64,000 nt of DNA from a bacterium. Lineage in GTDB: Bacteria > Margulisbacteria > Marinamargulisbacteria > GCA-2716485 > JAYNIM01. Positions 47,018 to 56,245 of the stretch are shown here, in pieces; position 1 is the first letter of the stretch, and the number at the start of each line of letters is the position of its first letter. A model generated the notes under the pieces. That model did no database searches and was not told the DNA's origin. It saw only the letters and a program-made list of their open reading frames with translations. The DNA lies in assembly GCA_038109055.1 (NCBI GenBank), contig JAYNIM010000001.1:89527-153526 (forward strand). The letters are read 5' to 3'. Both the position numbers and the translations under genes were made by a program.

Positions 47018-48079
47018 ATGAAAAAATGCATTAATATCTTGTGGATTTTGACGGTTTCATGCTTGTGTTTAGTGGGTTGTTCAGGGCCTGCTACAACAGT
47101 AGATTCGGGGACTGAAGCCAAAGAGACGAAGGTAATTATGGGGGCTGGTGCAACTTTTCCCTACCCTCTTTATGCCAAGATGTTTGATGCGTATTATCAA
47201 CAAACCGGTTATCAGGTGAATTATCAATCGATTGGTTCTGGTGGAGGTGTTAGGCAGTTGTTAAAGAAAACCGTTGATTTTGGTGCCACCGATGCATTTA
47301 TTACAGATCAGAAAATGCGTGATTTTCCTGCTGAGATTGTACATATACCTACCTGTTTAGGTGCTGTTGCGGTGAGTTATCATGTTCCGGGTGTAAAGAG
47401 CCAATCACTTCGCATTTCAGCGGCCGTTTTAGCGGATATATTTTTGGGAAAGATTCGTTATTGGAATGATGCGCGTATTGTAAAAGATAATCCTGGGGTT
47501 TCTTTACCTAAACTTAAAATTACCCCTGTATATCGTTCGGATGGCAGTGGGACTACGGCAATTTTTACGGATTATTTGACGAAAGTGAGTGGTGAATGGA
47601 AAGCCAAGGTTGGTATGGGGAAATCTGTGAACTGGCCTATGGGTGTGGGTGCAAAAGGAAATGCAGGTGTTGCGGGTGTTTTAAAGCAAATGCCCGGGGG
47701 GATTGCCTATATTAATTTGGCCTATTGTATACAGAATTCACTGCCGCTTGCTGCGGTTGAAAATGGGCGTGGTGATTTTGTTGTTCCTACGATTGAAAGT
47801 ACGACTTTGGCGGCAAGCGCTAAGATACCTGCGGATACGCGTGTATCCATTACGAATTCTTCTGTTAAAAACTCCTACCCTATTTCGGGCTTTACCTGGT
47901 TAATCATTTATAAAGCTTTACCTGAATCTTCTAACTCTACACGTATTTCGGAAATAAAAGATTTATTTTCTTGGATGGTTTCTGATGCTCAATCTTATGT
48001 GGCGCCTTTGCATTATGCGCCATTGCCCTCTAATGTTCGGGTTCAGGCGCAAAAAATTATTGATAGTATTATTGATTAA
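47018..48079 (+). CDS. pstS: phosphate-binding lipoprotein PstS (plus-strand paralogue)
   Basis: Lipobox LVGCSG. GAGATFPYPLYAKMFDAYY...VNYQSIGSGGGVRQL, TPVYRSDGSGTTAIFTDYL, GGIAYINLAY. Start at ATG 47018 after GAGAGG. Confidence 0.88.
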   Translation: MKKCINILWILTVSCLCLVGCSGPATTVDSGTEAKETKVIMGAGATFPYPLYAKMFDAYYQQTGYQVNYQSIGSGGGVRQLLKKTVDFGATDAFITDQKMRDFPAEIVHIPTCLGAVAVSYHVPGVKSQSLRISAAVLADIFLGKIRYWNDARIVKDNPGVSLPKLKITPVYRSDGSGTTAIFTDYLTKVSGEWKAKVGMGKSVNWPMGVGAKGNAGVAGVLKQMPGGIAYINLAYCIQNSLPLAAVENGRGDFVVPTIESTTLAASAKIPADTRVSITNSSVKNSYPISGFTWLIIYKALPESSNSTRISEIKDLFSWMVSDAQSYVAPLHYAPLPSNVRVQAQKIIDSIID

Positions 48080-48187
48080 TGTTTAATTCTCTTTTTTTTC
48101 GGGAATGACATATATAGAGTAGGCCTTTCTAAGAATCACTTATAGAGGTTTGTTCTTTTTTAAATGTTGTTTTCAAGGGGGGTATGT

Positions 48188-49816
48188 ATGATGATCTTGG
48201 CAGAGCTTTTGATTGAGGTGTTGCTGCAGAGAAATGTGGGACATGTTTTTGGTGTACCGGGTGATTTTGTTTTAAGCTTTTATAAAGCACTTGAAGATTC
48301 TGATCTTGAAATTATTAATACCTGTGATGAGCAAGGTGCTGGTTTTGCAGCCGATGCATATGCGCGGATGCATGGGTTGTCGTGCTTGTGTGTGACTTAT
48401 GGGGTTGGTGCTTATAAAGTCGTGAATGCGATTGCCGAAGCATATGCAGAAAAATCGCCTGTGGTGTTGATTAGTGGTGCGCCGGGTCTTTTTGAACGTG
48501 AACAGTGTGAGATGATTCATCATAAAAGTGTGGCCTATGATACTCAGTTTAAAATTTTTTCAGAGCTGACGTGTTATTCGGCTGTTTTGGATAATCCTGA
48601 AACGAATGCTCAAGCTATTTTATCTGCGATTTATCATGCCATGCTGTATAAGCGGCCCGTGTATTTAGAGTGCCCCAGAGATATGTTCTTGTCTAAAATT
48701 AAGAGACCTGGTTCTATGACATTTAAGCGTCCTAAATCGAAGACTGTTTCATTGTTAGCGGCTAAAAAAGCCTTGTATCGGCGCTTGGATTCTGCGAAGA
48801 AATCAGCCATTTTATTGGGGACGGATATCCAGCGTTACTCTTTTCAGGATCAAGTTTTGGCCTTTGCGACACGTTTAGGTTTACCTATTTTTTCGACGAT
48901 TATGGCCAAATCTGTTATTTCTGAGCAACATCCTTTGTTTTGTGGGGTCTATCAAGGACATTTGGCGGATGAAGAGATTGCTGATGATTTGGAATCTTGT
49001 GATTGTATTTTGAGTCTGGGAGCGTGGATGAGTGATGTTAATTTGGGGATTTATTCCTCTAAATTAAACCAGAAACAGCTTGTAGAATTTAACTCAGATA
49101 GCTTGGTCATTGATGGTCATTGTTATGATACGGTTTTATTAGAAGATAGTTTGTCCTTGTTGTCTGATTATCAGCCTAAAACACCTGTTTTTGAGTCGTC
49201 ATTTTCTAAGCCTTTAACTTCCAGGGGCTTTGTGGCCGAAGAAGGTGTTGAGATGACGACACAGCGTTTATTTGCTTGTTTGTCGCAGTTTATTGATGGG
49301 AATTATTGTGTTCTTTGTGATGTTGGGGATGTGTTGTTTTCGTCCTTGTCGATGCCGATGCCTGAGAGAAGTCAGTTTTTGTCGCCGGCCTATTATACCT
49401 CGATGGGCTTTGCGGTTCCGGCAGCTTTGGCCGCGGGCGCGTTGTATCCCAATAAGCGGCTTTTGGTCTTGGTTGGCGATGGTGCCTTTCAGATGACTGG
49501 GATGGAGTTGTCTACTTTGCAGCGTTTTGGTATGGCGCCAATTGTGGTCGTGTTGAATAATCAGGGGTATGGAACGGAGCGGCCGATTCAGGATGGAAAA
49601 TTTAATGATATTTTAAATTGGGACTATCATCGATTACCAGAGCTTTTGGGTTGTGGACAGGGTTTTTTGGTGAAGGATGAAGCGCGTTTGGTGCATGCCT
49701 TGGCTATGGCGGATATTTCTACAGATTCGTTTACGATATTAAATGTTTCTGTTCCTAAGCATGACCATTCACCATTGTTAAAACAGTTGGCAGCTGGCTT
49801 GCATGATCAGTTATAG
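48188..49816 (+). CDS. thiamine-diphosphate-dependent 2-ketoacid decarboxylase (indolepyruvate/phenylpyruvate decarboxylase family)
   Basis: HVFGVPGDFVLSFY, DEQGAGFAADAYAR, VTYGVGA, and the TPP motif GDGAFQMTGMELST...NN.GY. Start set at ATG 48188, 5 nt after AAGGGGGG. Confidence 0.8.
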   Translation: MMILAELLIEVLLQRNVGHVFGVPGDFVLSFYKALEDSDLEIINTCDEQGAGFAADAYARMHGLSCLCVTYGVGAYKVVNAIAEAYAEKSPVVLISGAPGLFEREQCEMIHHKSVAYDTQFKIFSELTCYSAVLDNPETNAQAILSAIYHAMLYKRPVYLECPRDMFLSKIKRPGSMTFKRPKSKTVSLLAAKKALYRRLDSAKKSAILLGTDIQRYSFQDQVLAFATRLGLPIFSTIMAKSVISEQHPLFCGVYQGHLADEEIADDLESCDCILSLGAWMSDVNLGIYSSKLNQKQLVEFNSDSLVIDGHCYDTVLLEDSLSLLSDYQPKTPVFESSFSKPLTSRGFVAEEGVEMTTQRLFACLSQFIDGNYCVLCDVGDVLFSSLSMPMPERSQFLSPAYYTSMGFAVPAALAAGALYPNKRLLVLVGDGAFQMTGMELSTLQRFGMAPIVVVLNNQGYGTERPIQDGKFNDILNWDYHRLPELLGCGQGFLVKDEARLVHALAMADISTDSFTILNVSVPKHDHSPLLKQLAAGLHDQL

Positions 49817-49858
49817 CTTAAGACCTATAAATATAGGTTGGTTTAGTGTGTGGTAGGT

Positions 49859-50192
49859 CTAATTTAATTTGTTTAAGCCTTTATTTATATATCGTATATT
49901 TTCTTCTAGTTTGAGCTTATCATTTATGGATGTATTTTGTGATTCTTTAATGAGTTGAATCATTTTATGTGAGATGCATTGTGCGATGATAGGCGTTAAG
50001 GATGCAAGTATTTTTGGCCATTTATCAGTCAATAGTATTTTCGCAAGTATGTGGGCGATCCCCTCCCCTCGCCGTTTTTCTTTTCTTTTTCCAATAATGA
50101 AGCTTGGTCGTAGTATGATATAATTGAGTGAGTAATAAGGACTCACAAAGACCTGTTACGCCTATAAATAAGGCCGTTTTTTTGCTGCTCAT
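49859..50192 (-). pseudogene. remnant of an NAD(P)H-binding atypical SDR (HTATIP2/YraR-like) with an internal deletion and frameshift
   Basis: The hand-translated frame from ATG 50192 gives MSSKKTALFIGVTGLCESLLL (Rossmann GxTGxx start), then runs out of frame to a stop. The +1 frame (track ORF 49859-50146) gives only the family C-terminus YIILRPSFIIGKRKEKRRGEGIA.... The total span of about 111 codons is too short for the fold. Confidence 0.5.
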
Positions 50193-50224
50193 TGTATTAT
50201 TTTCATATAATTAAATGGAAACGA

Positions 50225-50527
50225 TTACTGATGATGGATATAATCAACAACCGTTGAGCGATCACAATGAGATTTGATTATGTCTACAACCTTCAAATGT
50301 TCGGGGTGGTCGCGATATATCTCAAGATCATTCTTATTTTTAAAGGTGCATATCAATACCATATCGGCAGCACGTGGACTTTCAATGCTATTTAGGCCGA
50401 CTGTTATATTTATTAAACCGTCTATTTTTTCTTTAAGACTTTCTAATTTTTGCTTGCATTCATCTAATGCCAATTTTTTATTTGGATGATTTTCTTTGAT
50501 GTGAAACATAACCACGTGAGTAAGCAT
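50225..50527 (-). CDS. Dabb-family stress-responsive alpha/beta-barrel protein
   Basis: THVVMFHIKE...LESLKEKIDGL...FKNKNDLEIYRDHPEHLKV...VVDY. 100 aa, the typical size. Confidence 0.8.
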   Translation of the reverse strand: MLTHVVMFHIKENHPNKKLALDECKQKLESLKEKIDGLINITVGLNSIESPRAADMVLICTFKNKNDLEIYRDHPEHLKVVDIIKSHCDRSTVVDYIHHQ

Positions 50528-50613
50528 GGGTTTATGTTATCTTTTTATGCTTGTTTTTTGTAGTCTTTTTGCTCTTTTGGTTTTTATGTTTGGTATTGAG
50601 TATACTGAGAGTG

Positions 50614-51309
50614 ATGCTTGCTATTCGTTTATATCAACAAACAGATTGTCATTACAGTGCGGCTGAATTTTTGAAAGCAGACGAGCTGATGTCTAAAATC
50701 TATGGGGTGAGTGTGCAGCAATTGATGGAAGTGGCGGGGCTACGTTTGGCGGAGTTTGTGAAGGAGCTTGTAACAGCGAAAGGCAAGATTGTTGTTGTTT
50801 GTGCTAAGGGGAATAATGCGGGGGATGGCTTGGTGGCGGCGCGGTATTTGAGCCATTGGGGCTTGGAGGTTCAGATTGTTTTATGTTCGGATGAGTCTGA
50901 ATTGACCTCCCTACCCTTGCAGCATTTGGCGTCTGCTAGGGCCTTTGGTATTGAGGTTTTGGCGTATGATCAGGGGTTATTTTCTGCTTTGACTAAAGAG
51001 GATGTGCTGATAGACGCGTTGTTTGGTTGTGGCTTGCAAAGAGCGCCAGAGGGCATATATGCGCAGGCCATCGTAGCGATGAATAATGCTGAGGCAGCGA
51101 TTGTTGCGGTGGATGTGCCGAGTGGGTTGGATGCGAGTACGGGACAGTGCTATCAGCCCATGGTTCAGGCGGATTTTACCTTGAGTTTTGCAGCGGCTAA
51201 ACAGGCATTTTTGACGGTTCCCCTGCCCCAGTTGTATATTGCGGATATTGGGATTAATGAGGACTTATTTCGCGAGTCGAGTGCCGATATATACCAGGCT
51301 GATACCTAG
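50614..51309 (+). CDS. nnrE: NAD(P)H-hydrate epimerase (YjeF N-terminal domain only)
   Basis: LMEVAGLRLAEFV, VVVCAKGNNAGDGLVAARYL, ALFGCGL, VAVDVPSGLDASTG. I prefer ATG 50614. The 21 extra residues from the track start (50551) are a T-rich hydrophobic run not expected for this cytosolic family. Confidence 0.75.
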   Translation: MLAIRLYQQTDCHYSAAEFLKADELMSKIYGVSVQQLMEVAGLRLAEFVKELVTAKGKIVVVCAKGNNAGDGLVAARYLSHWGLEVQIVLCSDESELTSLPLQHLASARAFGIEVLAYDQGLFSALTKEDVLIDALFGCGLQRAPEGIYAQAIVAMNNAEAAIVAVDVPSGLDASTGQCYQPMVQADFTLSFAAAKQAFLTVPLPQLYIADIGINEDLFRESSADIYQADT

Positions 51310-51633
51310 AATGTTGCTTGTAAGGATATAGCTTAGGGCGAGCATCCATTGGCCTTTTTGAATGAGAGTGAAGCTTTCGAGTCCGAAAGCTGAAAAGGTG
51401 GTGAAAGCAGCGAGTAAACCTGCAAAGAGAATAAGGCGGCTGTGGTAGGGCCAATGGAATTGTTCGCTCCATGTCCAACATAAGCCGGCGAGTAAACAGC
51501 CGAGTAGATTGACTGTTAGGGTGCCCCAGGGAAACGAGGAGGATAGGTGTTTGCTGATGAATTGTGAGATGAGTACTCGTAAGACTGTGCCGACACTTCC
51601 GGCTATACATAAGGAGAGTGTTAATTTGATCAT
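51265..51633 (-). CDS. crcB: fluoride ion channel CrcB/FluC
   Basis: IAGSVGTVLRVLIS, FPWGTLTVNLLGCLLAG, GLLAAFTTFSAF. 122 aa. Its 3' end overlaps nnrE by 45 nt (convergent). Confidence 0.88.
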   Translation of the reverse strand: MIKLTLSLCIAGSVGTVLRVLISQFISKHLSSSFPWGTLTVNLLGCLLAGLCWTWSEQFHWPYHSRLILFAGLLAAFTTFSAFGLESFTLIQKGQWMLALSYILTSNILGISLVYIGTRLAK

Positions 51634-51731
51634 GGTATGATTTTAGCAGCTTGTTTTTTATCTTGATAGCATAGTGGATTCTTGAATGAATGGGGGCGGT
51701 TATTTTGAGTAGTATCTGTTAAAATGAGTGG

Positions 51732-52268
51732 ATGTACGGTGATCAGGTTGAACGCTACTTAAGCCTTTTGAAAGAGTATAATGAGCATACCAATATTTAT
51801 TCGAAGAAGGCCTATGATAAATTGGATTTTCATGTCAAAGATAGCTGTGTTTTGGCAGGTTTAATTGGTAATAAGTCGTGTCGGGTGTTGGATATTGGTT
51901 CAGGTTCTGGATTTCCTTCTGTGATTATTGCTATTTGCAACCCTAAAAATAAGGTTCGGGCAGTCGAGTCTAAATCTCGTAAAACGCGTTTTTTAGAGCA
52001 GGTTAAAATAGACCTTTGCTTGGATAATTTTGAGGTGGTTCAGGCGAATATTGTGGAGTATGGCCGTTGTGATGTGCCAAAAGCAGATGTAATAACAGCT
52101 AAGGCGTTTGCTTCTTTGGAACGTGTAAAGCACGTGTCAAAGCCTCTCAGAAAGGCGCGACATTGTATTTGGATTCCGATTCATTATGATCAATTTGATG
52201 AGATTGAGGATACGAAAACCTGTCGTATCGAAAAAGACGGATTTTATTATTTGAAACGAGAGGGTTAG
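51732..52268 (+). CDS. rsmG: 16S rRNA (guanine527-N7)-methyltransferase
   Basis: SAM motif VLDIGSGSGFPSVIIAI, ESKSRKTRFL, ITAKAF. Size is typical of GidB/RsmG. Confidence 0.82.
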   Translation: MYGDQVERYLSLLKEYNEHTNIYSKKAYDKLDFHVKDSCVLAGLIGNKSCRVLDIGSGSGFPSVIIAICNPKNKVRAVESKSRKTRFLEQVKIDLCLDNFEVVQANIVEYGRCDVPKADVITAKAFASLERVKHVSKPLRKARHCIWIPIHYDQFDEIEDTKTCRIEKDGFYYLKREG

Positions 52269-52694
52269 ATGACGCTTAAGGTATATCGTTTGGCTGAAAG
52301 TGATGAATTGAATTTGCCTGTGTATAGTAGTCAGGTTTCTGCTGGGTTCCCCTCCCCTGCGGATGATTATTTAGAGGGACATTTAGATTTGAATGTGCAT
52401 TTGATTCAAAATAAAGAAGCGACGTTTATTGTTCGTGCGTCGGGTGATTCGATGCAGGGGGCGGGAATATTTGATCATGATTTGTTGTTGGTGGATCGTA
52501 GTTTAAGGCCTGTTTCTGGGAATGTGATTATTGCTTGTTTGCATGGTGAATTACTGGTGAAACGTTTACATATCCAAAATGGCTGTTATCAACTTTTGGC
52601 TGAAAATTCGGCTTATGCGCCTATTAAAATACATAAAAGTGATGATTTTTTAGTTTGGGGTGTGGTGATTCATGTCATTCATAAGCTGTGTTAG
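52269..52694 (+). CDS. umuD: UmuD-like S24 self-cleaving peptidase (translesion polymerase V accessory subunit)
   Basis: SAGFPSPADDYLEGHLDLN, RASGDSM (Ser nucleophile), LVKRL (Lys). The ATG immediately follows the rsmG stop (TAGATG). Confidence 0.85.
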   Translation: MTLKVYRLAESDELNLPVYSSQVSAGFPSPADDYLEGHLDLNVHLIQNKEATFIVRASGDSMQGAGIFDHDLLLVDRSLRPVSGNVIIACLHGELLVKRLHIQNGCYQLLAENSAYAPIKIHKSDDFLVWGVVIHVIHKLC

Positions 52695-52748
52695 ATGGTT
52701 TTGATGGAGACTATTCGTATGCTTTATAAAGCTTGTTAGGCATTTTTG

Positions 52749-54005
52749 ATGTTTGCTTTAGTTGATGCGAATAATTTTTATGTGTCTTGTGAACGGGTTT
52801 TTCAGCCTGATTTGGAGGGGAAACCTGTTCTGGTCTTATCTAATAATGATGGGTGTGTGATTGCACGTTCTGATGAAGTGAAAGCTTTGGGTTGTAAGAT
52901 GGGTGAGCCTTATTTTAAGGTGAAAGAAAGGTTGAGTGGGCATGGTGTACGGGTGTTTTCCTCTAATTACGCCTTGTATGGAGATATGTCAGCACGATTG
53001 ATGGCTCTGTTGATGGCTGGGTCTGCTGATGTAGAGGTGTATTCGGTGGACGAGGCGTTTTTGTTTTATCGAGATAGGCAGGATTGGAAGACGGAGGGGG
53101 CATCGTTAGTTGCGAAAATTCGACAGTATTTAGGGTTGCCGATTAGTATTGGTTTTGCTGCGACGAAGACCTTGGCTAAAGTAGCTAATCGCTTGGCGAA
53201 ACAGGATAAGGAGCGGTATCAGGGAGTGTGTGTTTTAGATGACACCAATGTGGATCGAGGATTATCGGCGTTGCCGTTAACAGACTTGTGGGGGGTTGGA
53301 CGTCGTCATGCGCGTTATTTGCATGCCCAGGGATTTTCGACGGCTTATGATGTGAAATATGCGCCCACTGCTATGATCAAAAAACAATTGAAATCGCCGG
53401 GGCTTCAGTTGCAACATGAATTGAAGGGTCATGTTTGTCATGATTTAGAGTATGAGCCTGCTTTGCGTAAAAGTATTTGTGCGTCTAAAAGCTTTGGACG
53501 TAAGTTGTCAGATGTGGATGTTGTGTTAGGAGCGCTGTTAAGTAATGTGGATCGTGCTCATGAAAAACTTCGTCAACAGGGGCTTTATGCAGGGTTTATG
53601 TTGGTGTTTGTTCATAGTTCACCTTTTAAGGGCGGGTATGTGTTTCATCGGGCACAATGTTCCTTGTCTGATCATGAACAATCATTGTTGTCTTTGAGTG
53701 GGATTGCAAAGAGGGCCTTGCTGTCTTGTTTTGATTCTAAAGTGAGGTATTGTAAATCAGGGGTTTTGCTTTGGGGCTTGTATTCCAAGGATTGTGTGCA
53801 GCCATCGTTGTTTGAAGATAAAGTAGGTAATAGTAAGCAGTCAGAAAAACTTGATCAGGCTTTAGAGGCGGTGCGAAAGCGCTATGGAAAGAACAGTGTG
53901 GGGCTGGCAAGCACAGGGTGTTATGCGGCTGAGTATCAGATGAATTCTGCGCAACGATCGCCACGTTATAGCACGCGTTGGGATGAATTGTTAGAGGTGA
54001 GTTAA
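52749..54005 (+). CDS. umuC: UmuC, Y-family DNA polymerase V catalytic subunit
   Basis: [57 protein letters not shown] is collinear with the E. coli UmuC N-terminus. SVDEAF. Start at ATG 52749 (the track TTG is one codon earlier). Confidence 0.9.
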   Translation: MFALVDANNFYVSCERVFQPDLEGKPVLVLSNNDGCVIARSDEVKALGCKMGEPYFKVKERLSGHGVRVFSSNYALYGDMSARLMALLMAGSADVEVYSVDEAFLFYRDRQDWKTEGASLVAKIRQYLGLPISIGFAATKTLAKVANRLAKQDKERYQGVCVLDDTNVDRGLSALPLTDLWGVGRRHARYLHAQGFSTAYDVKYAPTAMIKKQLKSPGLQLQHELKGHVCHDLEYEPALRKSICASKSFGRKLSDVDVVLGALLSNVDRAHEKLRQQGLYAGFMLVFVHSSPFKGGYVFHRAQCSLSDHEQSLLSLSGIAKRALLSCFDSKVRYCKSGVLLWGLYSKDCVQPSLFEDKVGNSKQSEKLDQALEAVRKRYGKNSVGLASTGCYAAEYQMNSAQRSPRYSTRWDELLEVS

Positions 54006-55766
54006 GCTGGGTTTTTTGGGTGATTTTGCTGTATGTGTGTAGGCCGTTTTTCCCTTTGCTGTCTTTCTAAATATATGTTCTAAACTTTTTGCTATAAGCC
54101 ATATCGCTAAGCCAAGAATGAGCGAGTTAATCACAAGTAAGCCCCAGGATCCTTGCTTGAAAAACTGCCATTGATTTGCGAGTGATGCCCATAATGTGAT
54201 GGCTAATATAGCGACACAAGGAAGAAAGCTGACCCATACATAGCCTTTTTTTTCTTTTTTAAGAAACATTGTCACAAGGAGTAAGGCAAGGGCTGCTAAT
54301 AGTTGATTGACTGTACCAAATAATGGCCAGAGAGCTAAAGCCCCTTTTCCATTAAGCCCTGACGAAAAGGCAAGTATTGCAGCTGAACATACGGCGATGC
54401 CACAACTCTTTGTGGGTGTTATCCAATTTTTAAGAGGGCTATTTTGACAAAGTTCAGTGATCATATATCGTTGAACTCGTGTTGCAGAGTCTAAGGTAGT
54501 TCCTGCGAAGGAGGCGATTAATACCCCCATAATTGCGCTGGCAAAAGATGAGGATATCCCAATGCCAGACATGAAGTTAGCACAGCCAGTTACTACGGCG
54601 ACTAATTTTGATCCAAGCCCTGAGGAGGATTGCCATGATCCATAGTGGGTATTCCAAGCCTGGATTCCAATAAGTGTTTGACCTTCATTATCGGTATAGG
54701 CAAGACTTAAACCTGCACATACAGCAATAATGATTAATACGGCTAAAAACCCCTCTCCTATCATAGATCCATACCCCACTGCTTTAGCGTCTATTTCGTT
54801 ATTTATTTGTTTAGATGTGGTACCTGAACAGATTAAACTATGAAAACCTGAAATGGCGCCGCAAGCAATGGTGATACATAAAAAAGGCCATATTGAAGGT
54901 GCTCCTATGGGTGAAGGGTTAATGGCGGGAGCATGCATTATTAAGGGATTTCCTTGAAGGGCTATAGCGATCATACCAAGTAAAATTAATGCTAGAGCTA
55001 TGTATAGTTGCCAGGCATTTAAAAAATCTCTTGGTTGTAACAATGTATTTACGGGTATACGTGCAGCTACAAAGGCGTAGATTAGTAATATGAACGCCCA
55101 AATACCACTTGAAGGCATACTCCCCCAGTTAGGAAGTGTCAAAGGAAAGACTTGCCCCAGATATACGCAAACATACATGCCAGAAACACTTAGTATGGTT
55201 GCAAGGATTAAATTACCTTTTTTTTTAAACACCCAGTAGCCCATTCCGATAGCAATAGGGATTTCAAGCCAAATAGCGATAACTGAAGTTGGAAATTGGG
55301 TAAAAATGAGTCCCATAATTAAGGCAAAAATAGCAATCACAATCCAGAGTGCTAAACAAATAATCATAAAAAAAGCATATTTTAGCTGAGGACCCAGGTA
55401 TTGCTCGCTTATTTGAGCAATAGATTGGCCTTTGTTTCGAATGGAAAGCATTAGAACGGAAAAATCATGGACGGCTCCTAAAAAGATCGAGCCAAAGATG
55501 ACCCATAACAAGGCGGGTAACCAGCCCCAAATGACCCCAATAGCTGGGCCTACAATCGGACCAGTTCCCGCAATAGAGGTAAAATGATGCCCAAACATCA
55601 CACTTTTTTTTGAGGCGATGAATTCTTTACCATCTGCCAGAGTATGGGAAGGTACAGAGGCCAGTATGTTGCAGTTAAAGATCTTTTTTTCTAGAAATCT
55701 TCCATAAAATTTGTAACCTGAACCCAGTAGAATTCCGCTGATAATTAAAATGAGTAAAGCAGACAT
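53991..55766 (-). CDS. cstA: carbon starvation protein CstA family transporter (peptide/pyruvate)
   Basis: [20 protein letters not shown], polytopic, 591 aa. Its 3' end overlaps umuC by 15 nt (convergent). Confidence 0.9.
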   Translation of the reverse strand: MSALLILIISGILLGSGYKFYGRFLEKKIFNCNILASVPSHTLADGKEFIASKKSVMFGHHFTSIAGTGPIVGPAIGVIWGWLPALLWVIFGSIFLGAVHDFSVLMLSIRNKGQSIAQISEQYLGPQLKYAFFMIICLALWIVIAIFALIMGLIFTQFPTSVIAIWLEIPIAIGMGYWVFKKKGNLILATILSVSGMYVCVYLGQVFPLTLPNWGSMPSSGIWAFILLIYAFVAARIPVNTLLQPRDFLNAWQLYIALALILLGMIAIALQGNPLIMHAPAINPSPIGAPSIWPFLCITIACGAISGFHSLICSGTTSKQINNEIDAKAVGYGSMIGEGFLAVLIIIAVCAGLSLAYTDNEGQTLIGIQAWNTHYGSWQSSSGLGSKLVAVVTGCANFMSGIGISSSFASAIMGVLIASFAGTTLDSATRVQRYMITELCQNSPLKNWITPTKSCGIAVCSAAILAFSSGLNGKGALALWPLFGTVNQLLAALALLLVTMFLKKEKKGYVWVSFLPCVAILAITLWASLANQWQFFKQGSWGLLVINSLILGLAIWLIAKSLEHIFRKTAKGKTAYTHTAKSPKKPSLTHL

Positions 55767-55924
55767 AAGTGCATAGTTTAACGTATTGTAATGACTTTGT
55801 TGAGTTTAAAGTTCGAGTGAGAATTTTTATTTATCGACTGAGTTTCTTTTATGTTTGTATGTAGGTTATTTTTGGTTAATGGTTAGATATTCAATTTCTC
55901 TTTTTATTTGTATAATGAGTCCGT

Positions 55925-56218
55925 ATGAAAGAATTGGGCATCGTTCATTTACGTATTATATCTCTTGTAGAAGGAATTTCTTTTTTATTGTTGCTTTTTG
56001 TGGGGATGCCGTTGAAGTATGGCTTAGGTATACGTTCGGTTAATATGTTTTTGGGGCAAACGCACGGGTTTCTGACTATTATTTTCTTTTTTGTATTGGT
56101 GATGGTCTGGAGTAAACAGCTGTTGAGTACGCGTTTTAGTTTGGGGGTTTTTGTGGCCTCTTTGATTCCTTTTGGGGCCTTTGTTGCGGAAAGAAAATTA
56201 AAAAAATTGAAGGGCTAA
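55925..56218 (+). CDS. DUF3817-type small integral membrane protein
   Basis: LRIISLVEGISFLLLLFVGMPLKY......GQTHGFL pattern. 3 TM, 97 aa. Confidence 0.65.
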   Translation: MKELGIVHLRIISLVEGISFLLLLFVGMPLKYGLGIRSVNMFLGQTHGFLTIIFFFVLVMVWSKQLLSTRFSLGVFVASLIPFGAFVAERKLKKLKG

Positions 56219-56245
56219 CGTCAAGACTTCTTTAGCTTTTTTTGA

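Noticed and set aside
49823-49838. Palindrome acctata-aa-tataggt (with outer agacct...aggtct arms to 49858) between the decarboxylase gene and the SDR remnant, considered as a possible terminator.
   Set aside because: A 2-nt loop is sterically implausible, the outer arms are imperfect, and no T-run follows. It is noted only as a possible structure.
51634-51731. Possible fluoride (crcB-motif) riboswitch upstream of crcB. The minus-strand leader contains AACCGCC.
   Set aside because: Only that heptamer matches. The upstream GGCGATG-type pairing partner and the downstream CTGATGATGCC segment of the consensus are absent, so I do not call a riboswitch.
52200-52268. SOS/LexA box ahead of umuD (cctgtcgtatcgaaaaagacgg).
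   Set aside because: It is not a CTGT-N8-ACAG palindrome or any clear inverted repeat. It lies in rsmG coding sequence.
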